Part shown: one piece after another, positions 49,210 to 62,400 of the stretch
How the letters are laid out: each line of letters begins with the position of its first letter
Numbering within the stretch: position 1 is the first letter of the stretch
Source: Mobula hypostoma
Lineage: Eukaryota
Length of the DNA: 64,000 nucleotides
Direction of reading: 5' to 3'
Assembly: GCF_963921235.1 (NCBI RefSeq)
Contig: NC_086108.1
Coordinates: 4,278,001-4,342,000 of the forward strand
Notes under the pieces: model-generated
The model's database searches: none
The model's input: the letters and a program-made list of their open reading frames with translations, nothing else
Told to the model about the DNA's origin: nothing
Made by a program: the position numbers and the translations under genes

Positions 49210-50405
49210 CATATGACATAGGAGTCACGTTAGGCCATTCAGCCCATTGAGCCTGCTTCACCATTCCATCATCGGTCTTTTATTAACCCTCTCAACCTCA
49301 GTCTCCGGCCTTCTCTCCGTAACCTTTGACACCCTCACTAATCAAGAACCTATCAATTCCACTTGAAATACGCCCAATGACTGGGCCTCCACAGCTGTCT
49401 GTGGGAATGAATTCCACAGATTCACCACCTTATGGCTAAAGAAATTCCTCCTCATCGCTCTTCTAAAGGGATCACCTGGTATTCTGAAGGTGTATCCACC
49501 TAGTATTCTGCAAGTGTTCTAGATACCCCCACTATAGGAAATATCTTCTCCACATCTACTCTGTCTAGGCCTTTCAATATTTAATAGGCTTCAGTGAGAT
49601 TCCCCCCACCCCCATTCTTCTAAACTCCAGTGAGTACAGACCCAGGGCTATCAAATGCTCGTAATATGTTAACCCTTTCATTCCCAGGATCATTGTGAAC
49701 CTCCTCTGGACCCTCTCCAATGGCAGCACTTCTTAGAGATTGACCCGTATCTGCTCACAATACTCCAAGTGTGGTCTCACCAGTGCTTTATAAAGCCTCA
49801 GCATCACATCCTTGCTTTTATATTCTAGTCCTCTCAAAATGAATGCTAGGATTGCATTCGTCTTCACCACCGACTCAACCTGCAAGTTAACCTTTAGGTA
49901 ATCCTGCACAAGGACTGTCAAGTCCCTTTTCACCTCTGAATTCTGAATTTTCTCCCCATTTAGTAAAAAGGTCAACTAGCAACCAATCAATAAAGGCCTT
50001 TCTTTATTCCCACTGGTTGCCTCCTGCTCACCAGCCAATCTTCTATCCATGCTGGTATATTTTCTGTAATACCACTGCCTCTTTGCTTGTTAAGCAGCCT
50101 CATGTTGTCAAAGGCCTTCTGACAATTCAAATACACAGCATCCACCAATTCTCCCTTGTCTATCCTGCCTGTTATTTCCTCAAAAAACTCCAACGTATCT
50201 GTCAGGTTCTCCTTAAGGAAGCCATGCTGACTTCAGCCTATTTTATCATGTATCTCCTAGTAACCTGCAACCTCATCCTTAAAAATGGACTAATAAATTA
50301 TAAATTATAATAATCAATAACATCTTCCCAAACACTGAAGTCAGGCTAACTGGCCTATAATTTCCTTTCTTTGGCCTCCCTCCACACTTTAAGATAGGAG
50401 TGAGG
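49210..50405 (-). mobile_element. Older CR1 ORF2 fragments
   Basis: ORFs 49733-49975 and 49987-50193, NYRPVSLTSV. Confidence 0.85.
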
Positions 50406-50955
50406 CAAAAGGGAATCTCAGAGAGTGGGAACATAAGAAGATGTGATGATTTCATTTGGGTCTGTGGCTGAAGATGAAAAAAAGCAGCGCTTTGTGGCAG
50501 TTTTCGGAAATCGACTGCACCCAATCAGTGAATGGGACCATGGGAGAAGCAGTTACTTCAACTTAGGTCCACAGCAATTTTTGGAGATGGGCTGTGCCCA
50601 ATCAGCGTGCAGGATTCATTAGAAAGGGTGTATAAAAATAAGGCAGGGCCAAGCAGAGCGGCCATTGTGTGAGTGGGCCATTTCTGGAGTGGTTTTCACT
50701 CATCAGTTTGGGCAAAGTAAGTATCTGGTCAGTTTCTTCCTCTTTATTCTCCACTCCTCATCTGTTAGGGCATAGTCAGTGCAGTGAGAATGGCTGCAGG
50801 GGCAGTGTTTTGTTGTGTGTGTGAGATGTGGAGATCCTGGGAGACCTCCAGTCTCCCAGGTAACCAATCAGCACCAGGTGTACAGAGCTGCAGCTCCTCG
50901 GAGAACGTATTAAAGAACTTGGGCGCAGCTCGATGACCTTTAGAACATAGAACAT

Positions 50956-52270
50956 AGAAACATAGAAACATAGAAAATAGGTGCAGGAGTAGGCCATTCG
51001 GCTCTTCGAGCCTGCACTGCCATTTATTATGATCATGGCTGATCATTCAACTCAGAACCCCACCCCAGCCTTCCCTCCATACCCCCTGATCCCTGTAGCC
51101 ACAAGGGCCATATCTAACTCCCTCTTAAATATAGCCAATGAACTGGCCTCAACTGTTTCCTGTGGCAGAGAATTCCACAGATTCACCACTCTCTGTGTGA
51201 AGAAGTTTTTCCTAATCTCGGTCCTAAAAGGCTTCTCCTCCATCCTCAAACTGTGGCCCCTCGTTCTGGACTTCCCCGACATCGGGAACAACCTTCCTGC
51301 ATCTAGCCTGTCCAATCCCTTTAGGATCTTATACGTTTCAATCAGATTCCCCCCTCAATCTTCTAAATTCCAACGAGTACAAGCCCAGTTCATCCAGTCT
51401 TTCTTCATATGAAAGTTCTGCCATCCCAGGAATCAATCTGGTGAACCTTCTTTGTACTCCCTCTATGGCAAGGATGTCTTTCCTCAGATTAGGGGACCAA
51501 AACTGCACACAATACTCCAGGTGTGGTCTCACCAAGGCCTTGTACAACTGCAGTAGTACCTCTCTGCTCCTGTACTCGAATCCTCTCGCTATAAATGCCA
51601 GCATACCATTCACCTTTTTCACCGCCTGCTGTACCTGCATGCCCACTTTCAATGACTGGTGTATAATGACACCCAGGTCTCGTTGCACCTCCCCTTTTCC
51701 TAATCGGCCACCATTCAGATAATAATCTGTTTTCCTATTTTTGCCAACAAAGTGGATAACTTCACATTTATCCACATTAAATTGCATCTGCCATGAATTT
51801 GCCCACTCACCCAACCTATCCAAGTCACCCTGCATCCTCTTAGCATCCTCCTCACAGCTAACACTGCCACCCAGCTTCGTGTCATCCGCAAACTTGGAGA
51901 TCCTGCATTCAATTCCCTCATCCAAGTCATTAATATATATTGTAAACAACTGGGGTCCCATCACTGAGCCTTGCTGTACCCCACTAGTCACCGCCTGCCA
52001 TTCTGATAAGGTCCCATTTATTCCCACTCTTTGCTTCCTGTCTGCTAACCAATTCTCCACCCACACCAATACCTTACCCCCAATACCGTGTGCTTTAAGT
52101 CTGCACACTAATCTCCTGTGTGGGACCTTGTCAACAGCCTTTTGAAAATCCAAATATACCACATCCACTGGTTCTCCCCTATCCACTCTACTAGTTACAT
52201 CCTCAAAAAATTCTGTGAGATTCGTCAGACATGATTTTCCTTTCACAAATCCATGCTGACTTTGTCCGAT
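50956..52270 (-). mobile_element. Young CR1 family A fragment
   Basis: ORFs 51338-52291 and 51052-51315. Confidence 0.95.
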
Positions 52271-53010
52271 GAACATAGAATAGTACAGCACAGTACAGGC
52301 CCTTCAGCCCACAATGTTGTGCAGACCCTCAAACCCTGCCTCCCATATAAGCCCCTACCTTGAATTCCTCCATATACCTGTCCAGTAGTCTCTTAAACTT
52401 CACTAGTGTATCTGCCTCCACCACTGACTCAGGCAGTGCATTCCACGCACCAACCACTCTCTGAGTAAAAAACCTTCCTCTAATCTCCCCCTTGAACCTC
52501 CCACCCCTTACCTTAAAGCCATGTCCTCTTGTATTGAGCAGTGGTGCCCTGGGGAAGAGGCGCTGGCTATCCACTCTATCTATTCCTCTTATTATCTTTT
52601 ACACCTATATCATGTCTCCTCTCATCCTCCTTCTCTCCAAAGAGTAAAGTCCTAGCTCCCTTAATCTCTGATCATAATGCATACTTTCTAAACCAGGCAG
52701 CATCCTGGTAAATCTCGTCTGTACCCTTTCCAATGCTTCCACATCCTTCCTATAGTGAGGCGACCAGAACTGGACACAGTACTCCAAGTGTGGCCTAACC
52801 AGAGTTTTATAGAGCTGCACCATTACATCGTGACTCTTAAACTCTATCCTCGACTTATGAAAGCTAACACCCCATAAGCTTTCTTAATTACCCTATCCAC
52901 CTGTGAGGCAACTTTCAGGGATCTGTGGACATGTACCCCCAGATCCCTCTGCTCCTCCACACTACCAAGCATCCTGCCATTTACTTTGTACTCTACCTTG
53001 GAGTTTGTCC
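52271..53010 (-). mobile_element. Young CR1 family B 3' fragment
   Basis: Near-identical to 43680-44410 (ends GAYMGGRV stop). Confidence 0.93.
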
Positions 53011-54739
53011 TTTGAGTCATGTGAGAGAATGAGGAGGTGATAGACAGGAGCTACAGGGAGGTAGTCACCCCCAGATTGCAGGACATAGATAACTGGGTGA
53101 CTATCAGGAGGAGGAGAGGAAATGCACAGTCAGTGCAGAGTACCCCTGTGGCCGTCCACCTTGATAATAAGCATACCACTTTGGATACTGTTGAGGGGGA
53201 TGACCTAACAGGCGGGAGCTACAGCCATCGGGCCTCTGGCATTGTGGCTCAGAAGAGAAGGGAGGAGAGGAGGACTGCAGTGGTGATGGAAACTCCATAG
53301 TTAGAGGAACAGAGACGAGATTCTGTGGGCGCGATAGAGACACCTGGATGGTATATTGCCTCCCTGGTGCCAGGGTCAGGGATGATTCAGATTGGGTTCA
53401 CAGCATTCTAAAGAGGGAGGGTGAGCAATCAAAAGTCTTGGTACTTATTGGCATCAATGACAAAGGTAGGAAAGGTGAGAAGGTCCTGAAGAGAGATTTT
53501 AGGGAGCTAGGTAGGTAGCTGAAAAGCAGGACCCCAGGGTGGAAATCTCTGGATTGCTGCCTGTGCCATGTGCCAGAGAGGGTAAGAATAGGGTGATCTG
53601 ACAGATGAATGCTTGACTGAGCAACTGGTGTAGGGCAGGGTTTCAGATCCTTCTGTGAAAGGTATGACCTCTGTAAAAGGGATGTGTTACACCTGAACCC
53701 GAGGGAGTCCAATAGCCTTGCGAGCAGGCTTGCTAGGTGTGCTTGGGAGGATTTAATCTAACTTGGCACGAGGATGGGAACGAGAGCACTAGAGCAGAGG
53801 ATGAGGTCATTGGTTTAAAAACAGTGTAGCGAGACTGTCAGAAAGGACAAAGGTGACGGGGCAGAATTGCAGTCTACAGGATAAGTTGCAATGTAAAAGG
53901 GGGACAAAATCAAAAGGGATGATGAATACAGGACTGAAGGTGTTTTATTTGAAGGCGTGCTGTATACTGAATAAGGTAGGAGAACTTGTAGCGCAGTTAC
54001 AGATTGGCATGTATGAAGTTGTGGACATCACTGAAGTGTGGCTGAAAGTTTGTAACTGAGAGCTTAACATCCAAGGATACACATTTTATGAAAAGGACAG
54101 GCAGGTAGGCGAAGGGAGTGGTGTGACTCTGTTGGTAAATATGTAACCAAATCGTAAAGAGGTGACATAGGATCAGAAGGTATAGAATTGTTGTGGGTGG
54201 AGTTAAGAAACTGCAAGTGTTAAAAGACCTTGATAGGAGTTATATTCGGACCTCTGAACAATAGCAAAGATGTGGTCTACAGTTCACAATGGGAGATAGA
54301 CATTACATGTCAAAAGGGCAATGCTTTGATAGTAATGGGGGATTCAATATGCAGGTACATTAGGAAAATCAGGTTGGTGCTGGATTCCAAGAGGAGGAAT
54401 TTTAAGAATGCCTACGAGATGGCTTTTCAGAGCAGCTCATGGTTGAGCCCAATAGGGGATCAGTTATTCTGCTTTGGGTGTTGTGCAATGAACCAGAATT
54501 GATTAGAGAGCTTAAGGTAAAAGAATCCTTCGGGGTCAGTGATCATAATACAACAGAATTCACCCTGCAATTTGAGAAGGAGAAGCTCAGGTCAGATGTA
54601 TCAGTATCACAGTGAAGTAAAGGGAATTACAGAGGCATAAGAGAGGAGCTGGTCAAAATCGATTGGAAGGGAACACTAGCAGGGATTGCAAAGAAGAATC
54701 GTCCCAAAAAAGAAGTATTTTAAAGACAGGATGACGTAA

Positions 54740-55130
54740 TTTGAAACATATAAAATCTGAAAGGGATTGGTCAGGCTAGATGCAGGAAGATTGTTCCCGA
54801 TGTTGGGGAAGTCCAGAACGAGGGGTCACAGTTTGAGGATAAAGGGGAAGCCTTTTAGGACCGAGATTAGGAAAATCTTCTTCACACAGAGAGTGGTGAA
54901 TCTGTGGAATTCTCTGCCACAGGAAACAGTTGAGGCCAGTTCATTGGCTATATTTAAGAGGGAGTTAGATTTGGCCCTTGTGGCTAAAGGGATCAGGGGG
55001 TATGGAGGGAAGGCTGGTGCAGGGTTCTGAGTTGGATGATCAGCCATGATCATACGGAATGGCGGTGCAGGCTCGAAGGGCCGAATGGCCTACTCCTGCT
55101 CCTATTTTCTATGTTTCTATGTTTCTATGT
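54740..55130 (+). mobile_element. CR1 family A 3' tail nested in the older CR1
   Basis: ORF 54767-55030 and tail. Confidence 0.9.
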
Positions 55131-57424
55131 AACCATGACTGACAAGTGAAGTCAAAGCCAACATAAAAGATAAAGAGAGGGCATATAATAGAGCAAATAT
55201 TAGTGGGAAGTTAGAGGATTGGGAAGCTTTTGAAAACCAACAGAAGGCAACTAAAAAAAGTCACAAAGAAGGAAAAGATGGAGTACAAAAGAAATGGCGG
55301 ACAAACTGAATAAGTATTTTGCATCAGTCTTTCACTGTGGAAGACACTAACAGTATGCTAGAAGTTTGAGGGTGTCAGGGGGCAGAAGTGAGTAAACTTG
55401 CACGACTAGGGAGAAAGAGCTTGGGAAGTTGAAATACTCGAATGTAGATAAGTCACATAGACCAGATAGTCTACGCCCCCGAGTGTTCTGAAAGAGCTGG
55501 CTGAAGAGATTGCGGAGACATTAGTAATGATCTTTCAAGAATCAATGGATTCTGGCATGGTTCCAGAAGTATGGAAAATTGCAAATGTCTCTCCAGGAAT
55601 AGAGGCAGAAGGAAGGAAATTATAGGCCAGTTAGCCTGACCTCAGTGGTTGGGAAGATGTTGGAGTTGATTGTTAATGATGTGGTTTCAGGGTAATTGGA
55701 GGCACATGATAAAATGAGCTGAAGTCAATGTTATTTCCTTAAGGAAAAATCTTGACTAACAAATTTGTTGGAATTCTTTGAAGAAATAACAAGCAGGATA
55801 GACCAAGGAAAATCAGTTGATGCTGCGTATTTGGATTTTCAGAAGGTCTTTGACACTGTGTCACACGAGGTTGCTTAACAAGCTACGAGCCCATGGTATT
55901 ACAGGAACGATACTAGCCTGGATAGAGCATTGGCTGATTGGCAGGAGACAAAAAGTGGGAATGAGGGGAGCCTTTTCTGGTTGGCTGCCGGTGACTAGTG
56001 GTTTTTCCTCAAGGGTTTGTCTTTTGATGTTATATGTCAATGATTTGGATGACAGAATAGATGGCTTTGTTGCCAAGTTTGTGAACGATACGAAGATAAG
56101 AGGAGGGACAGGAAGTTGTGAGGCAGTAGAGAGACTACAGAAGGATTTAAACAGGTTAGGAGAATGGGTAAAGAAATAGCAGATGGAATACAGTGTCGGG
56201 AAGTGTTTGGTCATGCACTTTGGTAGAATGAATAAAAGAGTTGACTATTTCCTAAATGGAGAGAAAATTTAAAACTCAGAGGTACAACGGCACTTGGGAG
56301 TCCTCATGCAAGATTCCCTAAAGGTTAATTTGAAGGCTGAGTTGGTGGCGAGGTTGGTGAATACGATGTTAGCATCCATTTTGAGAGGACTGGTAGATAA
56401 AAACCAGGATGTAATGTTAAGGCTTTATAAGGCAAAGGTCAGACTGCATTTGGAGTATTGTGAGCAGTTTTGGACCCAATATCTAAGAAATGATGTGAGG
56501 GTTCAGAGCAGGTTCATGAAAATGATTTCAGGATTGAAGGCTTGTCATATGAGGAGCATCTGATGGCTCTGGACCTCTTCTCACTGGAATTCTGAAGAAT
56601 GAGAGGGGACCTCATTGAAACCTATTGAATGTTGAAAGGTTTTGATAGAGTGGATGTAGAGAGAATGTTTCCTTTGCTGGGGGAGTCTATGACGAGAGGA
56701 CACGGCCTCAGAATAGAGGGATGTCCATTTAGGATTGAGATGAGGAGGAATTTCTTTAGCCAGAGGGTAGTGAATTTGTTGCCACAGGTGACTGTGGTGG
56801 CCAAGTAAACTACTTCTTTCTCTTCGTTTACTTTTTTTTTAATTGTGCCTCTGCTACAGTTCAAGCCTGTGATCTACATTTTGGTAGTATGTTTTCAGGA
56901 CAATTGAGCAATCTGGTGTGTTGATGTCTCCGACTAAGTTTAAGGAGATAACAAGCAAAGGAAGGAACCAGTCTCTCTCTCCCTCTCGCTCGATGCTGCC
57001 AAAGGATTGTGCCAGATTCCTGGGTCTTGGACAAAGTTTGGACATAGTTTGTGGTTTGAACTCTGTAGCTCACATTATGATGTGCTTCTGGTTTGTGTTT
57101 GCTTCTTTCTTTGTTGCTATGTTTGTGCGATTTAGATCGGGACAGACTAGTCCTGTGGCCTGAAGATAACGAAGACACAGTGCTGGGATAGGATGAACTG
57201 AGCTGGACTGAACACCTGGACTTCTTTGATAACTTTATGGTTTTGTTGCTTTACATTCTGCATCTTTGGCTTGTTGTTTTGCCGTTTGCATGATTCGTTC
57301 TTTTTCTTGTGATTTGGGAGTTCGATGTTTTTCTATGAACAGGTTTCATGGTTTTCTTTGTCTATGGGCAGATGAATCTCAAAGTCGTGTACTGCATACA
57401 TAGTTTGGTCCTCCTCGAAGGATC

Positions 57425-58130
57425 AGAGGTGGAGAGGGTCAGCAAGTTTAAATTCCCGGGTGTTACTATTTCAGAGGACCTGTCCGGGCACAGCACGTAA
57501 GTGCAATTATGAAGAAAACACAGCAGTGCCTCTACTTCCTTCAGCGTCTGCAGAGATTGAGCGTGATTGCTAAAACCTTGACAAACTTCTATAGTTGTGT
57601 AGTGGAGACTGTATTGACTGGCTGCACCATCCCCTGGTATGGAAACACCAATGCCTTTGAATGGAAAATCCTGGAAAAGCTAGTGGATTCAGCCCAGTAG
57701 ATCACAGGTAAAGCCCTCCCAACCATTGAGCACATCTATGTGAAAGCAGCATCCGCCATCAGAGATCCTCAACACCCAGGACATGCTCCCTTCTCACCGC
57801 TGCCATCAGGCAGAAGGTACAAGAGCCTCAGGACTCACACCACCAGGTTCAAGAACAGTTACTACCTCACAACCGTCAGGCTCTTGACCAAAAGAGGATA
57901 ACTACACTACTTCCACAACCAATGATTACACTTTAAAGACTCTTTATTGCATGTTCTCATTATTTATTGCTATTTATTTTATATTTACACTGTGGTTTGG
58001 TGTTGTCTTTCAATGATCCTGTTTACAGTTACTATTCTATAGATTTGTTGAGTATGCCCACAGGAAAATGAATCTCAGGGTTGTATATGGTGACTTATAT
58101 GTACTCTGATAGTAAAATTTACTTTGATTT
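57425..58130 (+). mobile_element. Rex1/Babar 3' fragment
   Basis: VERVSKFKF.GV..KKTQQCLYFL..LTNFY.CVVETVLTGC..WYGN..LPSGRRYKSL. Confidence 0.8.
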
Positions 58131-58730
58131 AGATAATAAATGTACTTTGAATCTTTGATATACTTAACGCAGAGGTTGATAGATTCTTTATTAGTCAGGG
58201 CATGAAGAGATATGAAGAGAAGGCAGGAAATTGGGCTGAGAGGGAAATTGGATCAGCCATGATGAAATGGCAGAGCAGACTCCATGGGCCAAATGGCAAA
58301 ATTCTGCTTCTGTATCTATGGTCCAATAAAATAGACAGTTGGCCTCACAATCTACCATGTTATGATCTCGCACTTTATTGTTCACCTGCACTGCACTTTT
58401 TCAGTACTGTTTCCCCTTTATTCTGTATTGTGTTGCTTTACCTTGTTCTACCACAGTGCACTGTGTAATGATTTCATCTGTTCGAACAGTATGCAAGACA
58501 AATTTTTCACCATATCTCAGTACATAAGAAACCAACTACAATGGTAAAACTTCTTAAACTATTTAACTTGAATCCTGACAGTACACACCCAACAGCTCTG
58601 GTGCTTTAGCCACTCAGAGTGTCTGGGCTCTGGTCATTTTGGGGATGCAGTTCTGATCAGTGAGGTTCAGAGGGTGACTTCACTGAGAATATTGTAATTT
58701 CCTCCTAGTAGTGACCAAGACAAGCTGAGT

Positions 58731-59105
58731 TTAGAAACATAGAAACATAGAAAATAGGTGCAGGAGTAGGCCATTCGGCCCTTCGAGCCTGCACCGCCAT
58801 TTATTATGATCATGGCTGATCATCCAACTCAGAACCCCGCCCCAGCCTTCCCTCCATATCCCCTGATCCCCTTGGCCACAAGGGCCATATCTAACTCCCT
58901 CTTAAATATAGCCAATGAACTGGCCTCAACTGTTTCCTGTGGCAGAGAATTCCACAGATTCACCACTCTCTGTGTGAAGAAGTTTTTCCTCATCTCGGTC
59001 CTAAAAGGCTTCCCCTCTATCCTCAAACTGTGGCCCCTCGTTCTGGACTTCCCCAACATCGGGAACAATCTTCCTGCATCTAGCCTGTCCAATCCCTTTA
59101 GGATC
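58731..59105 (-). mobile_element. Young CR1 family A 3' fragment abutting the L1 tail
   Basis: Family A tail; ends at ggatc directly against the L1 A-rich tail. Confidence 0.92.
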
Positions 59106-59453
59106 TTTCTTTTCTTTTTAAATCTTTTTATTGAGTAAGTATACAAAAAAGGTAAGCCATATAAACATTAATACAATGTTAAAGTATAATAAAATTCCAA
59201 AAGATAACAATACCAAAAAGAAAATACTACAAACAATGTAATTTAAGCATAAGAAACCAAGATAACATAATAGTATACTAGATTTTATATATATCAATGG
59301 AAAAAAAGAAAAAAACCCCCCAAAAAAAAACCCACCGTGCAACTAACTAGCAAAGCAATGGGCTAACTTGAAACCAAACAGAGTTAAACTTAAAATCACG
59401 TCCTCAATCCCGACCTCCATTAAAACAGTGAAAAAAAACAAGAAGGGTAAATA

Positions 59454-62400
59454 TTACATTAAATGAAAATAACGAATAAAAGGTCCCCAAATCTGTTCAA
59501 ATTTAAATGAAGAATCATAAAGGTTACTTCTAATTTTCTCCAGATTCAAACATAAAATCGTCTGAGAAAACCAAAAAAAGGTAGTTGGAGCATTAAGCTC
59601 TTTCCAATGTTGTAAAATACATCTTTTCGCCATTAAAGTAAGAAATGCAATCATTCTACGGGCTGAAGGGGAAAGATTACTAGAAATTTTAGGTAGTCCA
59701 AAGATAGCAGTAATAGGGTGAGGAGAGATATCTATATTTAATACCTTAGAAATAATATTGAAAATATCTCTCCAAAAAGTTTCCAAAGTAGGGCAAGACC
59801 AAAACATATGAGTTAAAGAGGCTATCTGCCCCGAACATCTATCACAGAAAGGATTAATATGCGAGTAAAAACGCGCTAACTTATCTTTGGACATATGTGC
59901 TCTATGCACCACTTTAAATTGAATTAGGGAATGTTTAGCACAAATAGAGGAAGTATTAACTAATTGTAAAATCTGCCCCCAATCATCCACAGAAATGGTA
60001 AGCCCCAATTCCTGTTCCCAATCTACCCTAATCTTATCAAATGGAGCTTTCCTGAGTTTCATAATAATATTATAAATCATAGCCGATGCACCTTTCTGAC
60101 ATGGATTAAGGTTAATTATCGAATCTAAAATATATATAGGAGGAAGCATTGGAAAGGAAGAAAGTATAGTACTTAGGAAATTTCTAACTTGTAAATATCT
60201 AAAAAAATGTATTCTTGATAAGTTATATTTATTAGATAATTGTTCAAAAGACATAAGGGAACCATCTAAAAATAAATCCAAAAACCGTAAAATACCCTTA
60301 GTCTTCCAAGTTTGAAAAGCGCGATCCGTAAAAGAGGGAGGAAAAAATATGTTACCTAAAATAGGAATCGCTAACCCGAATTGATTAAGATCAAAAAATT
60401 TTCTGAATTGAAACCAAATGCGCAAAGCATATTTAACGATCGGGTTAGAGACCTGCTTAAGGCGTTTCGAATCAAAAGGAAGAGATGAACCTAAAATAGA
60501 ACCAAGTGTATAACCCTGAACAGATTGTAATTCCAATGCTACCCATTTAGGAATAGATAGTATATCCCGGTCAAGTAACCAAAATTTCATATGTCGAATA
60601 TTAATAGCCCAATAATAAAATCTAAAGTTAGGTAATGCTAAACCTCCATCTCTCTTAGCTTTCTGTAAATGTATTTTACCCAGTCTCGGATTCTTATTCT
60701 GCCAAATAAATGAAGAAATTTTAGAGTCGACTTTATCAAAAAAAGATTTAGGAACGAAAATTGGTAATGCCTGAAACACATATAAAAATTTTGGCAAAAA
60801 AAACATCTTAACTGCATTAATACGACCAATCAAAGTTAAATATAAGGGAAACCATTTAGATGAAAGTTGAGTAATATGGTCTATTAATGGTAAAAAGTTA
60901 GTCTTAAATAAATCTTTATGTTTACAAGTAATTTTAATCCCAAGATATGAAAGGTAATTATTAATCAATTTAAATGGAAATTTATAATATAAGGGAAGAT
61001 GTTTATTAATCGGAAAAAGTTCACTCTTACTAAGATTTAATTTATAACCTGAGAAAAGACCAAATTGTGCTAATAACTCTAAAACAGCAGGAATAGATCT
61101 CTCAGGATTAGAAATATATAAAAGTAAATCATCAGCATAGAGTGATAATTTATGGGACTTTAATCCCCGAGTTATCCCAGTAATATTTGAAGATTCTCGA
61201 ATAGCAATTGCAAGAGGTTCTAATGCAATATCAAATAATAGGGGACTAAGAGGACAGCCTTGTCGAGTACCACGAAAGAGAGGAAAAAAAGGTGAGTTTA
61301 AAGAGTTAGTACGAACCGAGGCTACAGGGGAGTGATATAACAGTTTAATCCAGGATATAAATTTCAAGCTAAAATTAAACATTTCAAGCACCTTAAATAA
61401 ATAAGGCCATTCTACTCTATCAAAAGCTTTCTCGGCATCTAAAGAAATAACACACTCAGGAACATTTTGTGAGGGAGTATAAACGATATTTAACAATGTA
61501 CGAATATTATAAAAAGAGTAACGACCTTTAATAAAACCCGTTTGGTCTTCCGAAATAATAGAAGGAAGTACTTTTTCTAGTCTATTTGCTAATAACTTAG
61601 AAAAAACTTTAGAATCAACATTTAATAAAGATATTGGTCTATAAGATGCACATTGAGCAGGGTCTTTATCCTTCTTTAGTATTAAAGAAATTGATGCTCT
61701 ATTAAAAGATTCCGGAAGTTTACCAAGTTTCAAAGAAGCCTCAAAAACCTTATAAAGCCAAGGAATCAATAAAGAAGCAAAACATTTATAAAATTCAACG
61801 GTAAACCCATCAGGGCCAGGAGCTTTCCCCAGATTCATAGAAAAAATAACATTCTTAATCTCATCCATTGTAATGGAAGTATCTAATAAAGAAGACATAT
61901 CCTGTGAAATCTGAGGAAAGTCTAACTTATCTAAAAAATCATTCATATATTTAGAATCTCGAGGAGACTCTGATTGATATAAAGAAGAATAAAAATCACA
62001 AAAGGTTTGATTAATCCCCACATGATCCAATATCAATCGATCATTTTGGTTATAAATCTGATTGATTTGAGATTTAACATAATTAGATTTCAATTGATTA
62101 GCCAGCAGCTTGCCAATTTTATCACTGTGAACATAAAAATCACTTCTTGTTTTCTTTAATTGGTTTACAATCGAGGACGAGAGTAGTAAACTGTGTTCCA
62201 TTTGAAGTTCAGTTCTTTGTTTGTATAGCTCCTCAGAAGGAGCCATAACATATTTCTTATCAATTTCTTTAATCTTGTCCACAATTGCCATCTCCTCCTG
62301 CTTCTGTTTCTTCCTCAAAGCAACGGAATACGAAATAATCTGACCCCGAATATAGGCTTTAAAAGTGTCCCAAAGAGTGTTAACCGAAATATCTTCTGTA

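Larger units (their letters stand above)
50510..56790 (+). mobile_element. Decayed near full-length CR1 (5' region, ORF1, ORF2) split by younger CR1 insertions
   Basis: ORF1 start MAAGAVFCCVCEMW at 50790, resuming near 53015 with esterase-like SIVRG..CLPGARV..LIGIND; decayed ORF2 about 53920-56790. Confidence 0.75.

Noticed and set aside
21000..59000. Exons of a neighbouring host gene such as an LTBP-type EGF-repeat gene
   Set aside because: No cysteine-patterned or otherwise recognisable exon seen on either strand; very short exons could have been missed
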